Shown: positions 8,911-18,046, counted from the first letter of the stretch. The stretch is DNA of 64,000 nt from Actinomycetota bacterium (GCA_018896525.1 JAHIMR010000072.1:32718-96717); one strand, 5' to 3'. The notes: a model not told the origin generated them from the letters alone. Program-made: numbers and translations.

Positions 8911-10221
8911 ATGGGAAGCAAGGAAGATCCGTACAGGGTTGTTTTGAGCGAGAACGAGATACCGGATGCGTGGTACAACATAATGCCGGACCTGCCGGTG
9001 CCTCCACCACCACCGATACACCCGGCGACCAGGGAGCCGTGCACCGCGGACGACCTGTTGCCGCTGTTCCCATTGGAACTGGTGAAGCAGGAGGTCAGCC
9101 AGGAGCGCTACATCGAGATTCCGGAGCCGGTAATGGACGTGTATAAGCTGTACCGACCCAGCCCGTTGCACAGGGCTTACCGACTGGAGAAAGAGCTGGA
9201 CACCCCGGCCAAGATATTCTACAAGAACGAGAGCTTGAGCCCCGCCGGGAGCCACAAGCCGAATACGGCCATACCACAGGCGTACTACAACAAGGCGGAG
9301 GGTGTCGAGCACCTGACCACCGAGACCGGCGCCGGCCAGTGGGGGAGCGCGCTCGCGCTCGGTTGCAAGCTGTTCGGGATTGACCTCGAGGTCTACATGG
9401 TGAAGATAAGCTACCAGCAGAAGCCGTACCGGCGTACCATGATAGAAACCTGGGGAGCGAAAGTATTCGCCAGCCCCACCGACAGGACCGAGGCCGGCAG
9501 GGCGATGCTGGCGGAGGACCCGGACTGCCCGGGAAGCCTGGGGCTCGCCATCAGCGAGGCGGTGGAGGCCTGCATGACCAGCGACAACACCAAGTACGCG
9601 CTGGGGAGCGTTCTCAACCACGTATGCATGCACCAGACCATAGTGGGCCTGGAGGCGAAGGCGCAGATGGAGAAGATAGACGAGTACCCGGACGAGGTTA
9701 TCGGGTGCGTGGGAGGCGGAAGTAACTACTCGGGCCTGGCTTTCCCGTTCATGAAAGACAAGTTCGATGGAAAGGAACTCCGCTTCATCGCGGTGGAGCC
9801 GGTTTCCTGCCCCACGTTGACCAAGGGCAAGTACGAGTACGACTTCGGCGACCAGGCGGAGACTACCCCTCTGCTGAAGATGTACACCCTGGGACACAAG
9901 TTCATCCCGTCACCCATTCACGCCGGGGGTCTTCGGTACCACGGCGACGCGCCGCTGCTGTCGCTGCTGGTGAATGAGGGGTACATGGACGCGGTGGCTT
10001 ACCGGCAGACGGAGGTGTTCGAGGCGGCGATGATGTTCGCCCGCACAGAGGGGATTATCATCGCCCCGGAGACCGCGCACTGCGTAAAGTACACAATTGA
10101 CGAGGCGCTGAAGTGCCGCGAGAGCGGAGAGAGCAAGACCTTGCTGTTCAACCTGAGCGGCCACGGCCTGCTGGACCTCAAGGGTTACGAGGAGTACCTG
10201 GCGGGGAACCTCGTAGACTAG
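8911..10221 (+). CDS. trpB: Tryptophan synthase beta-chain-like PLP enzyme, TrpB2 family (stand-alone, no trpA nearby)
   Basis: 436 aa with the TrpB2-type N-terminal extension, PLP-lysine motif ([13 protein letters not shown]), and GxGxWG and ISYQQKPY regions. AAAGGAGAGG RBS upstream of ATG 8911. Confidence 0.85.
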   Translation: MGSKEDPYRVVLSENEIPDAWYNIMPDLPVPPPPPIHPATREPCTADDLLPLFPLELVKQEVSQERYIEIPEPVMDVYKLYRPSPLHRAYRLEKELDTPAKIFYKNESLSPAGSHKPNTAIPQAYYNKAEGVEHLTTETGAGQWGSALALGCKLFGIDLEVYMVKISYQQKPYRRTMIETWGAKVFASPTDRTEAGRAMLAEDPDCPGSLGLAISEAVEACMTSDNTKYALGSVLNHVCMHQTIVGLEAKAQMEKIDEYPDEVIGCVGGGSNYSGLAFPFMKDKFDGKELRFIAVEPVSCPTLTKGKYEYDFGDQAETTPLLKMYTLGHKFIPSPIHAGGLRYHGDAPLLSLLVNEGYMDAVAYRQTEVFEAAMMFARTEGIIIAPETAHCVKYTIDEALKCRESGESKTLLFNLSGHGLLDLKGYEEYLAGNLVD

Positions 10222-10340
10222 AGCCGCTAAAGGGTTCCTGCGGTCATGTAAGAAGTATCTCCTGGAGAAACGTTAATCCTTGTGGAGGGGTTAAGTGTGT
10301 GTACTCAGTCTTTACGGTAGGAGATGCGAGGTGAGGCGTC

Positions 10341-11120
10341 GTGGTAATGATATGCCCCAGTTGCGGAGCAGAGAACCCTGACAACTCGCAGTACTGTAAC
10401 CTGTGCCTGGATTGCATCGGTTTTGAGAACCTGGAGTACACGAGCGCCGACCAGCAGGACGAAGGGTATATGCAGCAGTACCCCTCGAGCTTTCAGGAGG
10501 GAGCGGAGACGGTCGGCGGCGCGCCTGTCGACTACCCCCCCGAGGTACAGCAGGCTCCTTATTCGGCGCCGGTTGATATAGGAGAGTACGGAACACGGTC
10601 GGGAGCCGCACAGCCGGACCCGGTTGTGATTGATCCGGCATACATCGATTACCAATACGCGGCCGGGGGCACATATGATGTGGGTGAAAGGGTGTTCCCG
10701 TGGAACAAGGCGCTATGGGTATGCCTGTACGTATCACTGTTCGCGGCGGCCACGTCGATTATGCTCGAGTTAACATTCGGCTTTATCGGGGTCAGCGCCG
10801 CTATCGGCGGCAACCTGACCATGGCCCAGATATGGATTCTACTGGCGCTTCTCATACCGGTCGGAATCTGTGGTCTCATTCCGGGTTACCGCATGGAGGA
10901 GTACGGGTGGGCACTGGGTATCATTACCGTTGGGCTGTGGGCGTTTATCATGAGGCCGCTGTACTACGCGATATTCGGATGGATGATGTCCAGCCAGTTC
11001 ACGTTCTCGATGTCGGTGGACAAAGGTAGCCTGCTGTTCATCTTCGGGCTTTTCCTTCCGCTGGGCGCCCTGCTGGGATGGCTGGGGGAGAAGCGCGCCA
11101 CCACCGGCCTGTGGATTTGA
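10341..11120 (+). CDS. Hypothetical membrane protein: N-terminal zinc ribbon (CPSCGAENP...CNLC), Pro/Gln-rich linker, four predicted TM helices
   Basis: CxxC...CxxC at the N-terminus and a hydrophobic C-terminal half (WVCLYVSLFAAATSIMLELTFGFIGV..., ILLALLIPVGICGLIPG...). No recognisable enzymatic motif. Confidence 0.6.
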   Translation: MVMICPSCGAENPDNSQYCNLCLDCIGFENLEYTSADQQDEGYMQQYPSSFQEGAETVGGAPVDYPPEVQQAPYSAPVDIGEYGTRSGAAQPDPVVIDPAYIDYQYAAGGTYDVGERVFPWNKALWVCLYVSLFAAATSIMLELTFGFIGVSAAIGGNLTMAQIWILLALLIPVGICGLIPGYRMEEYGWALGIITVGLWAFIMRPLYYAIFGWMMSSQFTFSMSVDKGSLLFIFGLFLPLGALLGWLGEKRATTGLWI

Positions 11121-11156
11121 GCATCACCGCTAACTGACATGACCGGTATCAACTTA

Positions 11157-11319
11157 GCACCCCGCTCCATAAATACGCTGGCATTCGAACGCCGCTGCAT
11201 CCACTCCGGCTGCGTTCCGCTCCCTCGACGTACTCCAGGAGTACGACTCGGTCGCGCGCCTTGCCGGAGCGGCGCTTCGACGCTCTCGGTGCTCAACCGT
11301 ATTCATGGAACGAGGCACT
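11157..11319 (+). mobile_element. MITE copy 1 (~163-bp imperfect-palindrome element with TIRs; orientation A)
   Basis: Begins ACCCCGCTCCATAAATACGCTGGCATTCGAACGCC, has a central GTACTCCAGGAGTAC palindrome, and ends CGTATTCATGGAACGAGGCACT. Near-identical copies at 15004-15227, 30045-30290, 55112-55275 and 62673-62836. Confidence 0.85.
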
Positions 11320-11343
11320 TGAAGTAGATGTCTGTTATCATAG

Positions 11344-11601
11344 GTGCGTAAGTTTCATGTCTGGAGGTTGGCAATGGAGATGCTGGCAGTGTTGATAGAG
11401 TGGTCCAGCAGGTGGACAATCGTCATGTTCGCCGGCCTCGCGCTGGCGATTATCCTGGGGACCTGGGCCGGCGCGGTGGCCGGCCGTAAAGGCCGTAGCA
11501 CGCAGTTATGGTTCATCCTGGGGTTTTTTCTCCCGATAGTAGGGCTTGTCATTATTTACATACTGAAGCCGGTGAAGCCGTCTGAGGGTGAGAAGAAGTA
11601 G
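11344..11601 (+). CDS. Small hypothetical membrane protein (two TM helices)
   Basis: ORF with GGAGG RBS before the internal ATG at 11374 (MEMLAVLIEW...); hydrophobic segments FAGLALAIILGTWAGAVAG and WFILGFFLPIVGLVIIYIL. The start is either 11344 or 11374. Confidence 0.5.
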   Translation: MRKFHVWRLAMEMLAVLIEWSSRWTIVMFAGLALAIILGTWAGAVAGRKGRSTQLWFILGFFLPIVGLVIIYILKPVKPSEGEKK

Positions 11602-11644
11602 CGCCGGCGCCGACCGTCGAGTCATAGGTGTCACAAGCGGAACG

Positions 11645-12126
11645 CCATAAGCGGTCCACGAGCAAACGCACAAAAGCAAAGCGTCCGGTAATCGTTACAG
11701 CAATTCAGTATCGCTAGATAAGCCGTGCTACGGAGAGCAAGCGGTCCACGAGCAAACGCACACAAGCAAGCGGTGTTGAAACATCTAAGCTGCTGCTACG
11801 GTGTGCAAACGGTCCACGAGCAAACGCACATGAGCAAAGCGTCCGGTAATCGTTACAGCAATTCAGTATCGCTAGATAAGCCGTGCTACGGAGAGCAAGC
11901 GGTCCACGAGCAAGCGCACACAAGCAAGCGGTGTTGAATCGTTACATCCATACATTATCGTGAGACAAGCAGAGCTACGGTGAGCAAGCGCAGCACGAGC
12001 AAACGCACACAAGCAAGCGGTGTTGAATCGTTACATCCATGCATTATCGTGAGACAAGCAGAGCTACGGTGAGCAAGCGCAGCACGAGCAAACGCACATG
12101 AGCAAACGGACGATACACATCTAAGC
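11645..12126. repeat. Complex tandem-repeat array: six copies of a 33-bp core (GCGGTCCACGAGCAAACGCACAMRAGCAAGCGG) embedded in higher-order ~161-bp (x2) and ~90-bp (x2) units
   Basis: Core copies at ~11650, 11740, 11808, 11898, 11985 and 12075. The inter-core segments are themselves repeated (11683-11739 matches 11841-11897; 11938-11984 matches 12029-12074). The array abuts the 3' end of tRNA-Leu. Confidence 0.85.
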
Positions 12127-12213
12127 TGGTGCCGAAGGCCGGACTCGAACCGGCACGGGGTTTTACCCCACTGGTTTTTGAGACCAGCGCGTATACCATT
12201 CCGCCACTTCGGC
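12127..12213 (-). tRNA. tRNA-Leu(CAA), class II with long variable arm, encoded CCA
   Basis: Reverse complement GCCGAAGTGGCGGAATGGTATACGCGCTGGTCTCAAAAACCAGTGGGGTAAAACCCCGTGCCGGTTCGAGTCCGGCCTTCGGCACCA. It folds as a cloverleaf with a 7-bp acceptor stem, anticodon loop CUCAAAA (anticodon CAA), variable stem GGGG/CCCC, T-loop TTCGAGT, and closely resembles E. coli leuX. Confidence 0.93.
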
Positions 12214-12295
12214 AACGTCTTTGAGTTATTATACAGGTAGCGGGGTGCTCCTCGCAGTTACCATGAACCCGCGCGGATAACGGACGGACTCCAAC

Positions 12296-15010
12296 ATGGG
12301 GGCGAGTGTGGCTGAACAGAGAAAGGTCTTGCTGATAGATGGGCATAGCCTTGCCTACAGGGCCTTCTACGCACTTCCCGAAACGATGACTACCGCGGAC
12401 GGACAGCCGACCAACGCGGTCTTCGGATTCACCAGCATGCTGCTAAAGGTGATTGACGAGAAGAAGCCGGACGCTGTGATAGTGGCGTTTGACATCTCTC
12501 GCAAGGACCTGAAGCGGACACATGAGTACCCGGAGTACAAGGCGCACCGCCCGCCCATGCCGGACGAGCTTGGAACACAGATTTCGATGATCGGGGAACT
12601 GCTGGAGCATATGAGGATACCGGCCGTCAGGGCGCAGGGGCACGAGGCGGATGACGTCCTGGGGACCCTGGCGGATGAAGTAGCCGGCCGCGGAGATGAG
12701 GCGATAATCGTTACCGGTGACAGGGACACGCTTCAACTGGTGCGAGACGGGGTGACCGTGCTCATGACCGGGAAGGGGATAACCGAGACCCGGGAGTACG
12801 ACCGGGGCGCGGTTCAAGAGGAGTACGGGGTCCCGCCCGAGAAACTGCCGGAGATCGCCGGTCTCAAGGGCGACTCCTCCGATAATATCCCCGGGGTCCC
12901 GGGCATAGGCATAAAGGGCGCGTCGGCGCTTATCGGAAAGTACGGGTCGTTGGAGAACCTCTACGACCACCTGGAAGAGATAACAGGCCCCAAAAGGAAG
13001 CTATCCCTCGAGGAGAACCGGGAGCAGGCGTTCCTGTCCAGGCGGCTGGCCACTATCGAGAAGGCAGTGCCGGTCCGGCTCGATGTGGGCGAGGTGGAGT
13101 TGGAGACCTGGGATGCGGACGAGGTGCTCGAGTACCTGTCATCGCTCCAGTTCAAGAGGCTTGCCCGGAAGTTCGCCATGATGTACGGGGAGGAATCGGG
13201 TCCCCATGTGAGAGGTTCGGGTGAAGAGCTGCCATATACGGCGGTTCCCGGCGACCGGAAGTCGCTGAAGGAGTTCCTGTCGGGCGCGCGCGATGCCGGG
13301 GAGGTCGCGGTGGCCATCTCGCTCTCCGGGGAGGGTTACTGCGACCTCCGGCTGGAGGGGGCCGCTATAGCCACCGGAAACGCGGTACTGGTGGCCGCCG
13401 GGAGCGATGACGAACCCGCGATGGATGTAGTCGGCGACATCTTGCGCTCGCCGGAGATAGAGAAGTGGTTCCACGGTGCCAAGGAGGCGCTGGAAGCGCT
13501 GGATAAGAAGAAGATGACGGTACGCGGAGTGGCTTTCGACACCAAGGTGGCCGCCTATCTGAAGAACCCATCACTGGGGAAGTATGCTCTCGAGGATATC
13601 TGGGAGAGAAACGTGGGTGCCACGGTCCTGGTGGATGGCGAGTCGGTTCGGGTGCGTGAGCAGGAATCGTTGCTGGCCCCCGACGAGGGTGAGGAGCGGC
13701 TCCGGCTTGCATCCGAGGCGGCCCGTATCTTCAACCTGAAGCGGGTCATCGAAAGGGATATCACCGATCTGGGGATGGCGAGACTCTTCCGCGACATCGA
13801 GATGCCGCTTATCCTGGTGCTCAAGGGCATGGAGGAAACCGGTGTGGCCCTGGACGCGGAAGTGGTGGAGAGGCTGGCCGATGAGGCCGGCCTTGCTCTG
13901 GTGGAACTGAAGGAGGATATACACCGGCTGGCCGGGCATGAGTTCAACGTGAGTTCCACCAGGCAGCTTGGGCGCGTTCTTTTCGAGGAGATGGGTATTC
14001 CTCCAGTCAGGAAGACCAAGGCCGGGTTCTCCACCGACTCCACGGTATTGAGGTCATTGAAGGACGAGTGGGAGATAGCCGGTAAGGTTATCGCCTTCAG
14101 GGAAAACGCCAAGCTCAAGTCCACCTACTACGACACGTTGCCGCGTCTAGTCTGTCCTGAGAGCGGAAGGATACACTGCTCGTTCAACCAGACCGCCACC
14201 TCAACCGGGAGGATATCCTCGAGCAATCCAAACCTGCAGAATATTCCGGTGAGAACGGATGATGGCAGGCGGATCAGGAAGGCGTTCGTTCCCGGAGGGC
14301 CGGGATGGAAGATGCTGGTGGCCGACTACTCACAGATAGAGTTGAGGGTCCTTGCCCATATGTCGGGAGACGAGCGGATGATCGGCGCGTTTGCTTCCGG
14401 GGCCGATATTCACCGGCAGACCGCCGCGGAGATCTTTGGAGTCGAGGAAGGGGACGTCACCGACGACATGAGGCGGAAGGCCAAGGTGGTGAACTTCGGG
14501 ATAATCTACGGCATGGGCCGGTACGGGTTATCGTCCCGGATGGGGATATCGGTGGAACGGGCTACGGAGTACATCGAGGCGTATTTCATAAGGTACGATG
14601 GTGTACGGGAGTACAGAGAGAGGTGCGTAGCTGAAGCGGAGGAGAAGGGGTATGCGGAAACGCTTCTGGGGAGGCGAAGGCTTTTGCCCGAGCTGGCAAG
14701 CCCGAAGAGGCACACCAGGGAGCTGGGGGAGAGGTTGGCGGTAAACACGCCTATACAGGGGACCGCGGCGGATATCATCAAGAAGGCCATGAACGATGTT
14801 GCCTCCGCCATGGGGGAGGATGGGTTCCAGAGCCGGATGATCATGCAGATACACGATGAGCTCGTCTTTGACGTGGCACCCGGCGAGGGTGACGAACTTA
14901 GTACCCTGGTGGTGGGGCTTATGGCCGGGGTCCTCGACCTGCGAGTTGCCTTGAAGGTGGAGGCCGGCCTGTTCGATAACTGGGGACAGGCTAAGTACCC
15001 CGCTTCATAG
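12296..15010 (+). CDS. polA: DNA polymerase I
   Basis: 904 aa with a 5'-3' exonuclease N-terminus (LLIDGHSLAYRAFYAL), Klenow-like polymerase motifs A/B/C (DYSQIELR..., RRKAKVVNFGIIYG, QIHDELVFD). The last codons and stop lie inside the MITE terminus. Confidence 0.95.
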   Translation: MGASVAEQRKVLLIDGHSLAYRAFYALPETMTTADGQPTNAVFGFTSMLLKVIDEKKPDAVIVAFDISRKDLKRTHEYPEYKAHRPPMPDELGTQISMIGELLEHMRIPAVRAQGHEADDVLGTLADEVAGRGDEAIIVTGDRDTLQLVRDGVTVLMTGKGITETREYDRGAVQEEYGVPPEKLPEIAGLKGDSSDNIPGVPGIGIKGASALIGKYGSLENLYDHLEEITGPKRKLSLEENREQAFLSRRLATIEKAVPVRLDVGEVELETWDADEVLEYLSSLQFKRLARKFAMMYGEESGPHVRGSGEELPYTAVPGDRKSLKEFLSGARDAGEVAVAISLSGEGYCDLRLEGAAIATGNAVLVAAGSDDEPAMDVVGDILRSPEIEKWFHGAKEALEALDKKKMTVRGVAFDTKVAAYLKNPSLGKYALEDIWERNVGATVLVDGESVRVREQESLLAPDEGEERLRLASEAARIFNLKRVIERDITDLGMARLFRDIEMPLILVLKGMEETGVALDAEVVERLADEAGLALVELKEDIHRLAGHEFNVSSTRQLGRVLFEEMGIPPVRKTKAGFSTDSTVLRSLKDEWEIAGKVIAFRENAKLKSTYYDTLPRLVCPESGRIHCSFNQTATSTGRISSSNPNLQNIPVRTDDGRRIRKAFVPGGPGWKMLVADYSQIELRVLAHMSGDERMIGAFASGADIHRQTAAEIFGVEEGDVTDDMRRKAKVVNFGIIYGMGRYGLSSRMGISVERATEYIEAYFIRYDGVREYRERCVAEAEEKGYAETLLGRRRLLPELASPKRHTRELGERLAVNTPIQGTAADIIKKAMNDVASAMGEDGFQSRMIMQIHDELVFDVAPGEGDELSTLVVGLMAGVLDLRVALKVEAGLFDNWGQAKYPAS

Positions 15011-15227
15011 ATACGGTTAAGCACCGAGAGCGTCGAAGCGTCGCTCCGGCAAGGCGCGCGACTCAGTGCCTCGTTCCATAGATACGGTTAAGCACCGAGA
15101 GCGTCGAAGCGCCGCTCCGGCAAGGCGCGCGACCGAGACGTACTTCCTTAGTACTTCGAGGGAGTGGAACGCAGCCGGTGTGGATGCGGCGGCGTTCGAA
15201 TGCCAGCGTATTCATGGAGCGGGGTAC
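15004..15227 (-). mobile_element. MITE copy 2 (orientation B) with an extra ~60-bp tandem partial copy of its left end overlapping the polA stop
   Basis: The 15004-15064 half-copy (CATAGATACGGTTAAGCACCGAGAGCGTCGAAGCG...) is followed by the full element 15065-15227, which ends ...CGTATTCATGGAGCGGGGTAC. Confidence 0.85.
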
Positions 15228-15360
15228 TGAATAAGGGGCCCGGACGCACGGTCCAGGGCACGCGTTATACAGATGCAAACCTACCTGATGGCAACTTGCG
15301 GCGATATTACGTATGTGCTATTCATAATAACGTACGTGTTCACGAGAGGGAAGGAAAACC

Positions 15361-17058
15361 ATGATGGAAGACGAGACGGGAACCGAAGAGTACGTCGGGC
15401 AGGTGGAAGAGGACGAGGAAGACCCGCTGACCGGGAAAGGGGCGCGAGAATCGCTGGCCGGGTTGGGATTGGATCCTGAGGAAAGCCAGATAGTGCCGGA
15501 CTACGACGGCACTATGAAGATGTTCAACGAAGGCGATATCGTCAGTGGCTTAGTGGTAAAGGTGGACAAGGAAGAGGTTTTGCTGGATATCGGGTACAAG
15601 TCCGAGGGCGTAATCCCGGCGCGTGAGCTTTCCATCCGCTACGACGCCAAGACATCGGACATCGTGTCACCAGGGGACCGGCTGGAGGCCCTGGTACTGC
15701 AGAAAGAGGATAAAGAAGGGCGGCTGATACTGTCCAAGAAGAGGGCCCAGTACGAGCGGGCCTGGAACAATATCGAGAGCGTAAAGGATGAGGGCGGCGT
15801 AGTCGACGGAGAGGTGATCGAGGTCGTCAAGGGCGGGCTCATACTCGATATAGGCCTGCGCGGGTTCCTCCCGGCATCGCTTGTTGACCTGAGGAGGGTT
15901 AAGGATCTGAACCAGTTCATTGGCCAGACGCTCGAGGCCAAGGTAATCGAGCTCGACAAGAACCGAAACAACGTGGTTCTATCTCGAAGGGCACACCTCG
16001 AGGTGCAGAAATCGACCGAGAGGAAAGAGTTCCTCGAGCAATTAGAGAAGGGAACGAAACACAAGGGGAGCGTCAGTAGCATCGTAAACTTCGGCGCTTT
16101 CGTGGACCTTGGCGGAGTAGACGGGCTGATTCACATCTCCGAGCTCTCCTGGAGCCACGTTGACCATCCCTCGGAGGTACTTGCCGCCGGCGACGAGGTG
16201 GATGTGGAGATCCTCGACGTGGACCTGGAGAGGGAGCGCGTATCGCTCTCGCTCAAGAAAGCGCAGGAAGACCCATGGCAGAAGCTCAGCAAGGAGAAGC
16301 CGGCGGGATCCACGGTACAGGGCAAAGTCACGAAGCTGGTCCCGTTCGGGGCGTTCGTGGAGATTGCTCCCGGCGTAGAGGGGCTGGTACACATCTCCGA
16401 GCTGGCCTGGGAGCATATAGAGTTTCCCGAGGAGGTACTGTCTGTTGGTGACGAGATCGAAGCCAAGATAATAGATATAGACCTGAGCCGCAGGAGGATC
16501 AGTCTGAGCGTAAAGCAGCTGACCGGGCCTGGTGAGGCGGCGGGGTACCAGGAGTACCAGGCCGAACCCGAGCACGAGCCTGACATCGAGCCTGACATCG
16601 AGCCTGACAGTGAGCCCGAGCCAGGGCCCGAACCTGAACTGGTGGAGGCAGAGGAGTTCGAGGAGCGGTTGTCGGGCAAGGCCCCGGAGGAGGAAGCAGA
16701 TAAGAAGCCGGCGCTGACCGAGATAGTGTCTGATGCCGCGGAGATATTGGCCGAGGTGGAACGTATCGAGTCCCAGGTCGCGTCTCCAGAGTACGAGGAA
16801 GCAACTGAGGCGGAGAAAGAGGAACCACCGGCCGCGCCGGCTCCGGAAACAGTAGAAGAGGCTGCCGAAGTCGTCAGCGGGGAAGAGACCCCGGTGGAGG
16901 AAGAGAAGCAAGAGGAAGCCGAGGAGACTCCTGCCGAGGAAGGGACGACTGAATCACCGGAAATCGGCGAGGAGGAAACGCCGGAGAAGCCTGTAGCGGA
17001 GGACGGCTCACTGGAGTCGGTACTTGCCGATATGAAGAAAAAGGGCAGTCAGCCATAA
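15361..17058 (+). CDS. rpsA: 30S ribosomal protein S1 with long acidic C-terminal extension
   Basis: Four S1 domains (GDIVSGLV..., GEVIEVVKGGLILDIG..., GSVSSIVNFGAFVDLGG..., GKVTKLVPFGAFVEI). A C-terminal ~180 aa E/P/D-rich tail includes EPEHEPDIEPDIEPDSEPEPGPEPE. GGGAAGGAAAACC RBS. Confidence 0.93.
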   Translation: MMEDETGTEEYVGQVEEDEEDPLTGKGARESLAGLGLDPEESQIVPDYDGTMKMFNEGDIVSGLVVKVDKEEVLLDIGYKSEGVIPARELSIRYDAKTSDIVSPGDRLEALVLQKEDKEGRLILSKKRAQYERAWNNIESVKDEGGVVDGEVIEVVKGGLILDIGLRGFLPASLVDLRRVKDLNQFIGQTLEAKVIELDKNRNNVVLSRRAHLEVQKSTERKEFLEQLEKGTKHKGSVSSIVNFGAFVDLGGVDGLIHISELSWSHVDHPSEVLAAGDEVDVEILDVDLERERVSLSLKKAQEDPWQKLSKEKPAGSTVQGKVTKLVPFGAFVEIAPGVEGLVHISELAWEHIEFPEEVLSVGDEIEAKIIDIDLSRRRISLSVKQLTGPGEAAGYQEYQAEPEHEPDIEPDIEPDSEPEPGPEPELVEAEEFEERLSGKAPEEEADKKPALTEIVSDAAEILAEVERIESQVASPEYEEATEAEKEEPPAAPAPETVEEAAEVVSGEETPVEEEKQEEAEETPAEEGTTESPEIGEEETPEKPVAEDGSLESVLADMKKKGSQP

Positions 17059-17066
17059 AGCGGGCA

Positions 17067-17732
17067 GTGGGTAACTCGGCAATATGGGGGCCTGCCGCCG
17101 ACGGCCTTCTGGTTGTAGGGTTGACCGGAGGGATAGCCTCCGGGAAAACGGAGGTCACATCCCGGCTGGTGGCGCTCGGGGCGATGGTTGTAGATGCCGA
17201 TCAGGTTGCCCGTGACGTGACAGTTCCCGGAACCGATGTCTTTAAACGGTTGGTCGACGAGTTCGGCCCTGGGATACTGGGAGCCGAAGGCGGAATAGAC
17301 CGCCCGGCGCTGGCGGAGAAGGTCTTCGGCAACGAGTCCAGGCGGCAACTGCTCAACAGCATCACCCACCCGGCAATCTTCGCCGAGATCGTAAGACAGG
17401 TGCGGGAGCATGGTGAAAGCCTGGGGCCGGAGGACGTGCCGGCTGTGGTTATAGACGCGGCGTTGATAGTCGATATCGGGGCATCGGGGATGTTCGACTT
17501 TCTTATCGTGGTGACAGCCGAAGAGAAGACAAGGGTCAGTCGTCTTACCGGCAAGAGGGGGATGTCCGAAGAGGACGCGCGCGGCCGCGTTGCTTCCCAG
17601 ATCACGGACCGTGAGCGGATCGCTTCAGCGGATATTGTGATCGAGAACAATGGGAGCATCGACGAACTCAAGGAAACCGTAGACAGGGTCTGGGACGATG
17701 TGGTTCGAAGGGCTCGATCGAGTCACTCCTGA
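17067..17732 (+). CDS. coaE: Dephospho-CoA kinase
   Basis: P-loop VVGLTGGIASGKTEV and a CoaE body; GTG start 9 nt after the rpsA stop. Confidence 0.88.
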   Translation: MGNSAIWGPAADGLLVVGLTGGIASGKTEVTSRLVALGAMVVDADQVARDVTVPGTDVFKRLVDEFGPGILGAEGGIDRPALAEKVFGNESRRQLLNSITHPAIFAEIVRQVREHGESLGPEDVPAVVIDAALIVDIGASGMFDFLIVVTAEEKTRVSRLTGKRGMSEEDARGRVASQITDRERIASADIVIENNGSIDELKETVDRVWDDVVRRARSSHS

Positions 17733-18046
17733 GGGGGCTCCTGCTCCGCTGTGACGCTGGACAGGAACGGGAACATCATCCTGAGCCGGTACTCGATCTC
17801 GTTGTCTATCTCGTTCATGAATAGATCATAGACCGGACAGCCCATCTGCAGGCAGAGTAGCATGCTCCTCGAGCCGCGAGGGTTGGATACTTCCCAGCAC
17901 CTCTTGATCTCGGTGTAGGCTTTACAGTTGAGGTACTGAGCCGCCGAGCACTTCTTTATTTCCCAGCAGTTCCTGTCTATTGTCATATCGCTGCCAAAGT
18001 TAGCATTAATGCGGGGGGTGGTCAAACCACATAACAAATGAATCAC
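17723..18046 (-). CDS. Small Cys-rich hypothetical protein with two CWE motifs (NCWEIKKC ... RCWEV), possibly 2CW-like
   Basis: ORF convergent with the coaE end and divergent from uvrB. An AAGGAG SD lies 7 nt before an in-frame TTG near 18037, so the real start is probably TTG 18037 or ATG 17986. Seven Cys in ~90 aa. Confidence 0.5.
   Translation of the reverse strand: MIHLLCGLTTPRINANFGSDMTIDRNCWEIKKCSAAQYLNCKAYTEIKRCWEVSNPRGSRSMLLCLQMGCPVYDLFMNEIDNEIEYRLRMMFPFLSSVTAEQEPPQE

Noticed and set aside
11139-11327. ORF-track ORFs 11139-11327(+), 15063-15278(-), 30050-30295(-), 30081-30305(+), 55053-55304(-) and 62531-62716(-), which encode similar peptides (…SINTLAFERRCIHSGCVPLPR…RLGRAPCRSGASTLSVLNRI…)
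   Set aside because: They lie entirely inside the MITE copies. The shared protein sequence is just the repeat read in one frame, they occur in both orientations, and they have no RBS. They are repeat-derived artefacts, not a gene family.
11645-12126. Possible CRISPR array next to tRNA-Leu
   Set aside because: The 33-bp core repeats are separated by segments that are themselves duplicated, not unique spacers. Repeat spacing is irregular, and there are no cas genes or leader. It is a nested tandem repeat, not CRISPR.
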